A DNA stretch of 64,000 nucleotides from Lachnospiraceae bacterium (GCA_014804605.1 JAAUZM010000027.1:45220-109219), one strand, 5' to 3'; positions 53,060 to 63,392 are shown, counted from the first letter of the stretch. Notes: a model not told the origin generated them from the letters alone. Numbers and translations: made by a program.

Positions 53060-53548
53060 TTATCTCTTCTCCCTTTTCATACGCTCCAGTTCATCCTCGA
53101 TCGCGTCAACTCTGGATTTCGTCTCCTCGATCTGACGCCCGTGATCATCCTGTCGCCTATCGTCCGATATGGGCCTTGCCCTGAAAAGAATCCTCGCAAG
53201 CAATCCTGCGCCACCGAAGATTAGCACCAAGATCACTACCCACTCGTACAGAGTAACACGTACCAGGGAAATATGTGTAGTCATGATGACCGCCATGACA
53301 ACGATAAATACCCCCACCACCGTAAACAGCTTCGACGCGATACTCCCCTCGGAGGCAAACATCCAGACTACCCCGATGATAAAAGGCACCATAATCAGAC
53401 CGTTGCCCATATGAAAACCGCCAAGTCTGAGTCCGGATCCGAAGAACCCGGAAGATACCATGACTTTCTGTGAAAAAATAAACAGCCCGGCGATCAGCAT
53501 TGCCAACCCCGCCAGGAACTGCAGTAATTCGTTTCTCGCTTTCTTCAT
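53060..53548 (-). CDS. membrane protein with C-terminal coiled coil
   Basis: Start trimmed to MKKARNELLQF (ATG 53548, GGAGG 6 nt upstream); four hydrophobic segments. Confidence 0.55.
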   Translation of the reverse strand: MKKARNELLQFLAGLAMLIAGLFIFSQKVMVSSGFFGSGLRLGGFHMGNGLIMVPFIIGVVWMFASEGSIASKLFTVVGVFIVVMAVIMTTHISLVRVTLYEWVVILVLIFGGAGLLARILFRARPISDDRRQDDHGRQIEETKSRVDAIEDELERMKREKR

Positions 53549-53734
53549 CGCATACCTCCATAGCTTATGTCTTCCTGTGTCTATACTCAGTATATCTGAT
53601 TTTGCACATTGTGTAAATCCCCTTGACATTCCCCCACATTCCATTACAATATGATGTAATACAACTGACAAGACACAAGACTTTACATCTGTCTCGTCAA
53701 TCATTTATGTTTTTCCGGAAAGGAATCAACCATC

Positions 53735-54781
53735 ATGAAAGAATTTCTCAAACGCAAGAACATTATCTTCTCTATGAAGCGATACGGAGTAGATTGTCTG
53801 GGCGCCATGGCGCAGGGTCTGTTCTGCTCCCTGCTGATCGGTACGATCATTAAGACGCTGGGACAGCAGACCGATATGGAGTATCTGGTGACTATCGGCA
53901 CCTACGCCACCAATATGGCCGGTCCGGCTATGGCGATCTCCATCGGATTCGCCCTGCAGGCTCCGCCGCTTGTACTCTTCTCCCTTGCTGCAGTGGGCGG
54001 CGCCGCTAACGAACTGGGCGGTGCGGGCGGCCCTCTCGCGGTTCTGATCATAGCGATTCTGGCTGCGGAATGCGGCAAACTGGTCTCCAAGGAGACCAAG
54101 GTCGATATTCTCGTCACGCCTTTTGTAACAATTTTCGTCGGTGTGGCTTTTTCCACCCTGCTGGCCCCGGGCATCGGCACTGTGGCGAGCTCTCTCGGAC
54201 GTCTGATCATGTGGGCGACGGATTTACAGCCCTTCCTTATGGGCATCATCGTATCCGTGGTAGTCGGTATCGCGCTGACTCTGCCGATCTCCTCCGCCGC
54301 GATCTGTGCCGCGCTGTCTCTCACCGGTCTGGCCGGCGGTGCTGCCGTGGCCGGCTGCTGCGCTAATATGATAGGTTTCGCGGTGATGAGTTTCAAAGAA
54401 AATAAATGGAGCGGTCTGGTTTCTCAGGGACTGGGCACTTCCATGCTCCAGATGGGCAATATCATTAAGAACCCCAGAATCTGGATTCCGCCGATCATTG
54501 CTTCCGCCGCCACCGGCCCTCTCGCAACCTGTGTATTTAAATTGCAGATGAACGGCACTCCCGTCGCTTCCGGTATGGGCACCTGCGGTCTGGTAGGGCA
54601 GATCGGTGTCTACACGGGATGGCTAAACGACATGGCGCTGGGCAATAAAATATCTATCACTGCCATGGACTGGATCAGTCTGATCATGATCAGTTTTATC
54701 CTGCCCGCGCTTATCTCTCTATTTGTAGGCAATTTCCTGCGCAAGATCGGCTGGATCAAAGAAAACGACTTAAAATTATAG
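53735..54781 (+). CDS. multi-pass permease, PTS EIIC-like
   Basis: 348 aa; about 10 hydrophobic helices rich in G/A; the N-terminus resembles proteins I recall annotated as PTS transporter subunit IIC. Confidence 0.5.
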   Translation: MKEFLKRKNIIFSMKRYGVDCLGAMAQGLFCSLLIGTIIKTLGQQTDMEYLVTIGTYATNMAGPAMAISIGFALQAPPLVLFSLAAVGGAANELGGAGGPLAVLIIAILAAECGKLVSKETKVDILVTPFVTIFVGVAFSTLLAPGIGTVASSLGRLIMWATDLQPFLMGIIVSVVVGIALTLPISSAAICAALSLTGLAGGAAVAGCCANMIGFAVMSFKENKWSGLVSQGLGTSMLQMGNIIKNPRIWIPPIIASAATGPLATCVFKLQMNGTPVASGMGTCGLVGQIGVYTGWLNDMALGNKISITAMDWISLIMISFILPALISLFVGNFLRKIGWIKENDLKL

Positions 54782-54797
54782 TAAACAACATAACAAA

Positions 54798-54858
54798 TTG
54801 CTCTTTTCGGCTCTTGCAAAATCCATATACGCAAGTTTTTGCAAGTCCGAAAAGGCAA
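54798..54858 (+). terminator. long hairpin downstream of the permease gene
   Basis: TTGC/GCAA, CTTTTCGG/CCGAAAAG and CTTGCAAAA/TTTTGCAAG pair around a 14-nt loop; only a short T run follows. Confidence 0.4.
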
Positions 54859-55138
54859 TTTCTAATGTCGTTAACTATAGAAAATTAGATAAACGGACAT
54901 CTTCTTTCCTGCCCGCAAAAATATACCGTTTCACGTAATGTTGTGAGGCGGCATATTTTTGTCATAAAAATCTTAAATTTTTTCGATTTTCCTCTTTACA
55001 AATTCAAAGAAATGCCGAGATAATATATGTAAGATTATCTATGTCTTCATGCCGTCGTTATCGGCATAACAGAACACATTAACGTAATAATAGGACACGG
55101 ATGTCACTATTTTATTTCACAACATGGAGGGAAATCAT

Positions 55139-56362
55139 ATGGGTATTGGATTAAACGGTTTAGGTTCCGGTCTCACAGACACTTATTCCAGTCTGCTGGG
55201 CGGGGGATCAAGTTCAGGTTCATCAGACATGTCTTCCTTATTGTCAGACTACGCTTCCATCAAGAACGGCAGCTACGGCAAGATGATGAAATCTTATTAT
55301 GCTAAGGTGGAGGAGGAAGATGAAACCTCTTCTAAGAAGAGCTCCAAGACAAAGGAGACAGACGCTGCATCTGCCAGCGCAGCAAGGAAATTCTATGAAA
55401 CCGCATCAAGTATGAGCGGTCTCGACTACAGTGCAGATAACATCGACAATCTGTATGACAGTGTATCCGCATTTGTCAAGGATTACAACGCTATGATGAA
55501 GAGCGCTTCTAATAGCAAGAACGCTAAAGTACAGGCGCAGGCTGATGCACTCAACGACTATACTTATCAGAATTATAAATTGTTTGCTAAAGTCGGAATC
55601 ACGATGAATTCAGACCGTACATTATCAATTGATGAAGACACTTTCAAGAAAGTAAACGAGAAGACGGGTGCAACCACCGTGCCTACGCTGACGACTTTGT
55701 TTAAAGGCATCGGTTCTTTCGCAGATAAGGCGGCTGACAGAGCGAGCAAGATCTACCGCGAGGCAGGAGAAGGCGAAGCAGTTACCTCTTCCAAGGCAAA
55801 ATATGCCGGCACAATGGGTAGTGTTTCTTCAAGTGACAAAGCGGACAGCACTTCTTCCAACGTAGGAACTTCCAAGACTGCCAAGGACGCTGCTTCGGCC
55901 AAACTGGCAAGCGCACTTTACAAGTCCATAGAGAACTTGGGCAACATGACAATCAATAATGATAATAAAGACAATATATTTGATGCTCTGTCCGGTCTCG
56001 TGAAAGACTACAATGAACTGATTAAGAAGGGTTCCGAGAGCGAGAACTCCAATGTCATCAAGCAGACTGACTATTTGAAGGAGCTGGTAGCCGACAACAA
56101 GAGCGCTTTGTCCAAATTAGGCATCACGATAGGTTCCGACAAGTCATTATCCATTGATGAAGAGAAATTTATGGAAGCCGATATGAGCAATGTGAAGAAT
56201 CTATTCTCCGGCGCGTATTCTTTCTCAGAGAAGATGACAGACCGTATCAACCAGATCTACCGCTATGCTACTCAGGGTGAATCCCTGAATAATCAGACCT
56301 ACACGAGCCAAGGCAGCTATAATGCCGCAAGTGCCGGTTCTGTATTAGATACGACTATGTAA
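55139..56362 (+). CDS. serine-rich protein with an internal duplication (FliD-C-terminus-like segments)
   Basis: Start trimmed to MGIGLNGLGSG (GGAGGG 7 nt upstream). Repeated block ...VKDYNxxxKxxSxSxNxxV ... GITxxSDxxLSIDEExF. Confidence 0.55.
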   Translation: MGIGLNGLGSGLTDTYSSLLGGGSSSGSSDMSSLLSDYASIKNGSYGKMMKSYYAKVEEEDETSSKKSSKTKETDAASASAARKFYETASSMSGLDYSADNIDNLYDSVSAFVKDYNAMMKSASNSKNAKVQAQADALNDYTYQNYKLFAKVGITMNSDRTLSIDEDTFKKVNEKTGATTVPTLTTLFKGIGSFADKAADRASKIYREAGEGEAVTSSKAKYAGTMGSVSSSDKADSTSSNVGTSKTAKDAASAKLASALYKSIENLGNMTINNDNKDNIFDALSGLVKDYNELIKKGSESENSNVIKQTDYLKELVADNKSALSKLGITIGSDKSLSIDEEKFMEADMSNVKNLFSGAYSFSEKMTDRINQIYRYATQGESLNNQTYTSQGSYNAASAGSVLDTTM

Positions 56363-56460
56363 AAAATCGAGCAAACTCGAAATACGCCAAGAAATTAACT
56401 TTGCAAGATCCGCTTTGCGGACTCGAAATATGCTGAGGAATTTCTTGTAAATAACAACTA

Positions 56461-56504
56461 CCGCTTCAACGAATACATTTTCGTGAAGCGGCAGTTTTAT
56501 TTTA
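56461..56504. terminator. bidirectional intrinsic terminator between convergent genes
   Basis: CCGCTTCA(A)CGAA-TACATT-TTCGTGAAGCGG followed by CAGTTTTATTTT. Confidence 0.6.
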
Positions 56505-56518
56505 CGATTTCCTGTTAA

Positions 56519-58003
56519 TTATGCGAACGGGTTCTCGGTCGGGTAAGGGATGTTCTTCGGCTGATTATAGCCGATCTCACTCACGTCCACACCGATATAC
56601 TTGAATACCTCAAACAACGCCTTGCCATAGTGACCGAATGCAACGGCACCGTGATGAGGATAATTTTTCTCGATCAGCACGTGACGGTAAAACCTTCCCA
56701 TCTCCGGAATTGCGAATACGCCGATACCGCCAAATGATTTTGTAGCTACCGGCAGAACCTCACCTTCTGCCACATAAGCCCGCAGGATATTGTCGGCCGT
56801 GCTCTGCAGACGATAGAATGTGATATTGCCGGGAACGATATCGCCCTCCAGTGTGCCCTGTGTCACTTCTTCCGGAAGTGTTCTCGCCATAATCATCTGA
56901 TATTCCATGCTGCACTTGGACAGTTTCTTGGAGCAGGTATTACCACAGTGGAATCCCATGAAAGTATCGGTGAATTTATAATCAAACTTTCCTTCAATGG
57001 ATTCTTTATACATATCCTTCGGTACGGAGTTATTGATATCCAGAAGCGTTACGATATCATCGCTGACCGCCTCGCCGATAAACTCACTTAAGCAGCCGTA
57101 GATATCTACCTCACAGGATACCGGAATGCCTCTTCCCGTCAAGCGGCTGTTCACATAGCAAGGCACGAATCCGAACTGTGTCTGGAATGCAGGCCAGCAT
57201 TTTCCGGCAATCGCCACATATTCACGATATCCCTTGTGTTCCTCGATCCAGTCTAAAAGTGTCAGTTCGTACTGCGCCAGCTTCGGCAGAATGGTGGGCT
57301 TATTGTTGCCATCGCCGAGCTCCGCCTCCATATCTTTTACCACGTCAGGGATTCGCGGATCATTTTCATGTTTATTAAAGGCCTCAAACAGATCCAGCTC
57401 AGAGTTTTCCTCAATCTCAACACCCAGATTATAGAGCTGCTTGATCGGCGCATTACAAGCAAGGAAATTAAGCGGTCTGGGGCCGAAGGAAATGATTTTC
57501 AATCCTGCAAGTGCCACAACAGCGCGTGCAATCGGAATAAACTCATGGATCATATCCGCACAATCCTCTGCATCGCCTACCGGATATTCCGGGATATACG
57601 CTCTCACATTACGCAGCTTTAAGTTATAGCTTGCATTCAGCATACCGCAGTATGCGTCGCCACGTCCCTGAATCAAGTCTCCCTGAGATTCCTCCGCAGC
57701 TGCCACAAACATCTTCGGTCCTTCAAAGTGCCTCGCCAGCAATGTCTCCGAAATCTCCGGTCCGAAGTTACCCAGATATACGCACAGAGCATTACACCCG
57801 TTATCCTTAATATCCTTGAGAGCGTTCACCATGTCAATCTCGCTCTCGATAATGCAGACAGGACACTCATAGATGTCCGCCGCATCATATTTTGCCTTGT
57901 ATGCCTCCACAAGAGCTTTTCTTCTGCCTACTGCCAGCGATGCCGGAAAGCAGTCGCGGCTAACGGCTACGATACCGATTTTTACTTTGGGTAAATTGTT
58001 CAT
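56519..58003 (-). CDS. L-fucose/L-arabinose isomerase-family sugar isomerase
   Basis: Start trimmed to MNNLPKVKIGIVAV (GAAGGAGG upstream); 494 aa; N-terminal Rossmann-like KIGIVAVSRDCFP...CVYLGNFGPE. Confidence 0.75.
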   Translation of the reverse strand: MNNLPKVKIGIVAVSRDCFPASLAVGRRKALVEAYKAKYDAADIYECPVCIIESEIDMVNALKDIKDNGCNALCVYLGNFGPEISETLLARHFEGPKMFVAAAEESQGDLIQGRGDAYCGMLNASYNLKLRNVRAYIPEYPVGDAEDCADMIHEFIPIARAVVALAGLKIISFGPRPLNFLACNAPIKQLYNLGVEIEENSELDLFEAFNKHENDPRIPDVVKDMEAELGDGNNKPTILPKLAQYELTLLDWIEEHKGYREYVAIAGKCWPAFQTQFGFVPCYVNSRLTGRGIPVSCEVDIYGCLSEFIGEAVSDDIVTLLDINNSVPKDMYKESIEGKFDYKFTDTFMGFHCGNTCSKKLSKCSMEYQMIMARTLPEEVTQGTLEGDIVPGNITFYRLQSTADNILRAYVAEGEVLPVATKSFGGIGVFAIPEMGRFYRHVLIEKNYPHHGAVAFGHYGKALFEVFKYIGVDVSEIGYNQPKNIPYPTENPFA

Positions 58004-58096
58004 ATTATTTTCCTCCTTCATCCGGGTTGCCCGGTTTCATTACAATATTTCTGCCGTTTCAGGTTTGTTGTCTCATCTGTCTGTGCACTTCTCACA

Positions 58097-58720
58097 TCAC
58101 TCTCTGATATCAAGATTCTTTCCGATCAGTCCGATATGTGCTCCCGCATCCAGTCCGCCTTCCGCATGGCCGATCAGCCACTTATTCTTCGCCGTAAGCA
58201 GGGCATCCTCCCAATCTGCGTGCGCTTCGTCCAAGGGGTAGTTCGTGCCCGCAGGCAGTACGATTCCCACCTGAAATCCATCCTCGTTTGCACTGCAGGG
58301 TGCATAGTGAAGCGTCGTGGCATAAATCTCTACCGCTGTGCCCGCCGGTACCAGAAATGCCTCCATTAAGGATGTGTCATATGAAAAATCATCCGTAATA
58401 TCCTGCTGCATGCCGACAATTAAAATCGCATCCGTAGCCGCCACATTGATCTCAGAGTTTCTATGGTACTCTGCCGCGTTCAGCTTATAATTATGGCCGT
58501 TGCAATATCCCACCTCAATGGGCAGTTCTCCGTATGTTCTCTTCTGTAATTCTTTCGCCGCAGCCGTCTCCTCTAATACCTTAACCGAAGGTTCATAGGC
58601 AACGCCTTCCGGCAGCGGCGTTTCCTTCTTAATAGCCTCCACCAGATCGCTGAAGTCGATTCCCTGTACGACTCTGCCGTATTTACGAAATGCGGAATCT
58701 GTAATTTTTTTGATCTCCAT
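58097..58720 (-). CDS. DUF4867-like (cupin / ureidoglycolate-lyase-like) protein
   Basis: 207 aa; sits between the kinase and isomerase genes. Family recalled from memory. Confidence 0.45.
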   Translation of the reverse strand: MEIKKITDSAFRKYGRVVQGIDFSDLVEAIKKETPLPEGVAYEPSVKVLEETAAAKELQKRTYGELPIEVGYCNGHNYKLNAAEYHRNSEINVAATDAILIVGMQQDITDDFSYDTSLMEAFLVPAGTAVEIYATTLHYAPCSANEDGFQVGIVLPAGTNYPLDEAHADWEDALLTAKNKWLIGHAEGGLDAGAHIGLIGKNLDIRE

Positions 58721-58765
58721 TGGTAATACGCTCCTTTCTGAACAGTTACTATTTTTATAACGCTT

Positions 58766-60241
58766 TTACATGATAGCGCCGAACAGTTCCTTACACACCG
58801 GATATATCTTCTTGAATTTCTGATACCGCGCCTCATACTTCTCCACAAGTTCAGGCGTGGGTTCTACCGTATCCACTACTTTGACGATCTTCGCCGCCGC
58901 TTCTTCCACGCTTGCATACTCGCCGCAGGCAACTGCCGCAAGCATCGCGCCGCCCATAGCAGGTCCTTCCTCACTCTCGATCACATCCACCTTCAGGTTC
59001 ATGATGTTGGCAATCATCTTTTTCCACAGAGGACTTTTCGCGCCGCCGCCGCAGATCTTCGTCCGTTCTATCTTAATCCCCAGAGACTTTGCCACTTCCA
59101 GAGAATCCCGCAATGCATAAGCCACACCCTCCAGTACCGCCTGCGTCATGTCCGCTCTGGTGGTATCCATCGTCATACCGATAAAAGTACCCCGTGCATT
59201 AGGATCATTGTGCGGAGAACGCTCTCCCATCAGATAAGGCAGAAAATACACGTGATTCTCTCCCAGCTTATCATCGGTTATCGCTTTCTGCTCCGCCGCA
59301 TAATCCGTGGTGCCGATGATTTCATCCATCCACCATTTATTACAGGAGGCCGCACTTAACATACATCCCATCAGATGATAATGTCCGTCCGCATGGGCAA
59401 AAGCATGAAGCGCATTATACTTATCCACACCGAACTTTCCGGAAGAGATAAAGATCGTACCGCTGGTGCCCAGCGAAATATTACACATACCGTCACCCAC
59501 CGTACCGGTTCCCACGGCTGCCGCCGCATTGTCACCGCCTCCGGCCGCCACTTTTACTGTTGCCGGGATACCCAGTTCTTCCGCAATTTCGGGAAGCACC
59601 GTTCCCACCGTCTCATAGCTCTCATACACTTTCGCAAGCTGCTCTTCCTTTACCCCGCAGATCTCGCACATCTCCTTAGACCAGCAGCGGTTCTTCACAT
59701 CGAATAAGAGCATACCGGACGCATCGGACACATCAGTGCAATGGACTCCCGTAAGCTTATAGGCAATGTAGTCCTTGGGAAGCATGATCTTCCTGATTCT
59801 GGCAAAATTCTCCGGCTCCTTATTTTTCACCCAGAGTACCTTCGGCGCGGTAAATCCCGTAAAGGATATATTGGCGGTATACGCCGACAATTTGTCCTTG
59901 CCGATCACCTGATTCAGATAATCGCATTCCTCCGTAGTTCTCCCATCGTTCCACAGGATGGCCGGCCGGATTACTTCATCATTCTCGTCCAGAATGACAA
60001 GCCCATGCATCTGTCCGCCGAAACTGATTCCCGCAATCTGACTTCTGTCCACACCGGCAATCAATTCTTTGATTCCTGCCATGCTCTGCTCATACCAATC
60101 CTCCGGCTTCTGCTCCGACCACCCCGGATGCGGGAAATAGAGCGGATATTCCTTTGATACAATATTTACGATCTTACCGTTTCCCTCCATCAGCAGAAGC
60201 TTCACTGCGCTGGTTCCTAAGTCTACGCCAATATACAACAT
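58766..60241 (-). CDS. xylB: xylulokinase (FGGY family)
   Basis: MLYIGVDLGTSAVKLLLM...HPGWSEQKPEDWY...GGGDNAAAAVGTG...GGGAKSPLWKKMIANI. Confidence 0.85.
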   Translation of the reverse strand: MLYIGVDLGTSAVKLLLMEGNGKIVNIVSKEYPLYFPHPGWSEQKPEDWYEQSMAGIKELIAGVDRSQIAGISFGGQMHGLVILDENDEVIRPAILWNDGRTTEECDYLNQVIGKDKLSAYTANISFTGFTAPKVLWVKNKEPENFARIRKIMLPKDYIAYKLTGVHCTDVSDASGMLLFDVKNRCWSKEMCEICGVKEEQLAKVYESYETVGTVLPEIAEELGIPATVKVAAGGGDNAAAAVGTGTVGDGMCNISLGTSGTIFISSGKFGVDKYNALHAFAHADGHYHLMGCMLSAASCNKWWMDEIIGTTDYAAEQKAITDDKLGENHVYFLPYLMGERSPHNDPNARGTFIGMTMDTTRADMTQAVLEGVAYALRDSLEVAKSLGIKIERTKICGGGAKSPLWKKMIANIMNLKVDVIESEEGPAMGGAMLAAVACGEYASVEEAAAKIVKVVDTVEPTPELVEKYEARYQKFKKIYPVCKELFGAIM

Positions 60242-60437
60242 GGTAACCCTCCATTCTTACTCATCCTGCAAATTTATTCCCACGTGCCTTGACCGTGCAC
60301 GTGCACGCTACCTATTAATTTCATGATAGTCTTTGCCCGACACAAAATCAAGACCATAAAATTTTTTCGTAACATTATACAAAACGCCGCCCTCCGTATT
60401 GTCTATTTCGTTACTCCTCAAACATCGCCAATCCCCA

Positions 60438-60574
60438 GCGCAGATGGAAGTTAATATCTTAAGGAGCCCCTTAAAAACCGTCGGCACTTAGCGAGGTATT
60501 CCACGAGCTTAGTGTCCGCTACGGTTTTTACGGAGCGAGAGCGCGGCTCCGTAGATATTAACTTCCATCTGCGC
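60438..60574. repeat. 137-bp palindromic element with perfect 22-bp terminal inverted repeats
   Basis: GCGCAGATGGAAGTTAATATCT at 60438-60459 is the exact reverse complement of 60553-60574. The interior is also imperfectly self-complementary (AAAAACCGT...ACGGTTTTT). Confidence 0.85.
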
Positions 60575-60691
60575 GTCCGAGTTGCGGTGCGTCCGTTCTG
60601 GCCCACCCCCGCATTTGACTTCCCTCCCCCATTATGCTACTCTAAATGCAGCCAAAAAATCACACAAATGCTCTATAGAAAGGAACTCCCC

Positions 60692-61720
60692 ATGGCAACC
60701 ATCAAAGAGATCGCCGCCCTTGCAGGCGTATCCCGCGGCACGGTAGACCGCGTACTGAACCACCGTGGTTCCGTCAATGCACAGACGCGGCAGAAAGTGC
60801 TGGAAATCGCACAGGCACTGGACTATAAGCCCAATAAAGCCGGAATTGTTCTCGCTGCCCGCAAGAAGAATCTGAAACTCGGAGTCGTCCTGCTGGGACT
60901 GGGAACGGTCTTCTACGATGACATTCTGGCGGGTGTCAATGCCAAGGCTGAGGAACTTATAGACTATAACTGTTCCGTGCTGACCCGTCAGACTGACTAT
61001 AATCTGAAACAGCAGCTGCATGCCATCGACGAACTTGTCGCCGAAGGCATCAACGGTCTCGCACTCTCCCCCTATAACGATCCCGCAGTACGGGAGAAAA
61101 TCGACGAACTTCAAGCCCTCGGTATCCCCGTAGTTACTCTGAATACGGATATCGAGAACTCCAAGCGTATCGCTTATATCGGCTGTCATTTCTATCGTTC
61201 GGGAGAGACAGCCGGCGGTCTCATGCACCTGATGACCTGTAATCATATTCAGGGTGATGTCCGTGTAGGCATCATATCAGGTTCCCGTAATATCCTGTGC
61301 CACACCGAGCGTATCGCAGGCTTTCGCCATGCCACAGCTACCTACGGCAATATCAACATAGTGGATATCGTCAATAATAATGACAATGAATCGGAAAGCT
61401 ACGATCTCACTGCCTCGCTGCTGGCCCGGCATCCCGAGATCAATGCGCTCTATTTTACCGCCGGCGGCGTCTACGGCGGCTGCCGTGCCGTGAACGACTC
61501 AGGACGTCAGAGCGAGATTACCGTCATCACCAACGATATTGTCGATACTACAAGAGAATATATAGAAAAAGGACTGATCGCAGCTACTATCTGCCAACAG
61601 CCCTTCTTACAGGGTTCTAAGCCCCTTGCTATTCTGTTTACCTATCTGACCACCGGCGAACTTCCCACCGTCTGCAATGATTATGTGGACATCGATATCC
61701 GGATCAAAGAAAACTTGTAG
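60692..61720 (+). CDS. LacI-family transcriptional regulator
   Basis: Start trimmed to MATIKEIAALAGVSRGTVDRVLNHRG (ATG 60692). The upstream part of the ORF-track ORF runs through the palindromic element. Confidence 0.85.
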   Translation: MATIKEIAALAGVSRGTVDRVLNHRGSVNAQTRQKVLEIAQALDYKPNKAGIVLAARKKNLKLGVVLLGLGTVFYDDILAGVNAKAEELIDYNCSVLTRQTDYNLKQQLHAIDELVAEGINGLALSPYNDPAVREKIDELQALGIPVVTLNTDIENSKRIAYIGCHFYRSGETAGGLMHLMTCNHIQGDVRVGIISGSRNILCHTERIAGFRHATATYGNINIVDIVNNNDNESESYDLTASLLARHPEINALYFTAGGVYGGCRAVNDSGRQSEITVITNDIVDTTREYIEKGLIAATICQQPFLQGSKPLAILFTYLTTGELPTVCNDYVDIDIRIKENL

Positions 61721-63392
61721 TATGTAGGAACTGCTCCTCAAACTGGTCGGCAGGCGAGGGCTTTCCGAAGAAATATCCCTGTATCATGTCCGGCTTCGTC
61801 TCCATCATCTTCCTCAGTTCATCTTCCTCCTCTATGCCTTCCATACATACGGAAAATCCCAGACTGTGCACCATGTCAATAATATGATTGATAATATTAT
61901 AGTCATGATCGTTCTTAAGTGCCTGCACGACAAAACTTCTGTCGATCTTGACCGTAGTCGCTTCTATCTCCTTCAGATAACGCATATTGGAATAACCTGT
62001 CCCGAAATCATCCAGCGCCAGATCAATGTTTTTCTCCTTCAGATCTTTAAACAGGTTCTTGATCCTGCTGTCTGTCTCAATATAGCCGCTCTCCGTCAGC
62101 TCCAGCACCAGACTTTCCGGCGGAATACCTACTTCTTTGATACATTTCTCCACATCCTCGATCAGATCGCTCTTGTGCATCTGGACATAAGACAGATTCA
62201 CATTGACATGGAAGTGCGGGATGATCTCCCTCCATTTCCGGCATGTCCGAGCCGCCTGCCACATAACATATTTTCCGACCGGAATGATCAGACCGCTCTC
62301 CTCCAGAATCGGAATGAACACTGCAGGAGATACATTACCGTACTGCTCGCATCCCCACCTGAGTAATGCCTCCGCTCCGATCAGCGTATAGTCTTTCGTT
62401 GAAATAATCGGTTGGAAGAACACCTGAAACCCTCTGAAATTGTCGTTTATATCCTGTCTCATCAGTCTGCGTATATTCAGCCGGCGCAGATATCCGTCAT
62501 AGGCCTCACGGTCAAACAGCGCCATCTGGTTCTTGCCGTTACGCTTCGCCTGATTCAGCGCAAACTCCGTCAATTTCAGGATCTCCTCCGCGCTCCTGCT
62601 CTCGAATCCGTCCTGCATTACGCCGGCAGATACCGTATAAAAACAGCTGTATTCCTTATTACGTACCGTCTCCGCCACGTTGTTCCTGATTTCATTATAA
62701 ATTGCCTGTACATCCACCTCTGCGGTCGAAAAAGCATCCACTATAATAAATTCATCCGCCATCAGGCGATAGACATCTACCTTCGGGTCTACTGCCGCCA
62801 CGATACAGTCCGCAAGCTCCCGCAGCACATTATCCCCCGCCTCCGGGCCTTCCTTCTCGTTGATCTCTTTAAAATTATCGATGCCGATCCGCATCATGTA
62901 TCTGATCGTCTCCGGCCTGTCACGCAGGATCTCCTCCGCATCATACTGGAACCTGATCTCTCTGCGCAGTCCCGTAATATTATCCGCCTTCGCCTCTTTA
63001 CCAAGCTCTGTCACCCTTCCGACCAACAGCCGGTGCCCGCCGGCACCCCTGATCACCGTGCTTTTGCTGCTAATCCAGACGATCCGATTATCCCGATCCA
63101 TCCAGCGGTATTCTATGGCATGAAACTCCTGCTCTCCCGAGGTGCACCGCACAATATCTTCTCGCACTTTATTATAGTCAGAGGGATATATTACTTTCTG
63201 CAACGCGGCCGTAGCATTCCGGATAACATCTTCCTCGAAGGGAAACCGCACCTGCATTCTGCTCGTCATCATAAATGTATCCGTATCTAAATCAAATATA
63301 TAAATATACGAATCCGACGATTTCTGCAGTATTTCGACTACCGCACGAATCTCTTCCAATGACATATTCTGTAATATCTGTGCATACTCCAT
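61704..63392 (-). CDS. PAS - degenerate GGDEF - EAL cyclic-di-GMP phosphodiesterase-type protein
   Basis: 562 aa; the GGDEF site reads MADEF; EAL domain with EALLRW, ELTES, DDFGTGYS, EGIE. Confidence 0.85.
   Translation of the reverse strand: MEYAQILQNMSLEEIRAVVEILQKSSDSYIYIFDLDTDTFMMTSRMQVRFPFEEDVIRNATAALQKVIYPSDYNKVREDIVRCTSGEQEFHAIEYRWMDRDNRIVWISSKSTVIRGAGGHRLLVGRVTELGKEAKADNITGLRREIRFQYDAEEILRDRPETIRYMMRIGIDNFKEINEKEGPEAGDNVLRELADCIVAAVDPKVDVYRLMADEFIIVDAFSTAEVDVQAIYNEIRNNVAETVRNKEYSCFYTVSAGVMQDGFESRSAEEILKLTEFALNQAKRNGKNQMALFDREAYDGYLRRLNIRRLMRQDINDNFRGFQVFFQPIISTKDYTLIGAEALLRWGCEQYGNVSPAVFIPILEESGLIIPVGKYVMWQAARTCRKWREIIPHFHVNVNLSYVQMHKSDLIEDVEKCIKEVGIPPESLVLELTESGYIETDSRIKNLFKDLKEKNIDLALDDFGTGYSNMRYLKEIEATTVKIDRSFVVQALKNDHDYNIINHIIDMVHSLGFSVCMEGIEEEDELRKMMETKPDMIQGYFFGKPSPADQFEEQFLHTTSFL

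Noticed and set aside
54990-55023. Possible sigma-28 (SigD) promoter, GCCGAGATAA, upstream of the serine-rich protein gene.
   Set aside because: No acceptable TAAA -35 element lies at the required 15-16 nt spacing (the sequence is CTTTA), so the match is too weak.
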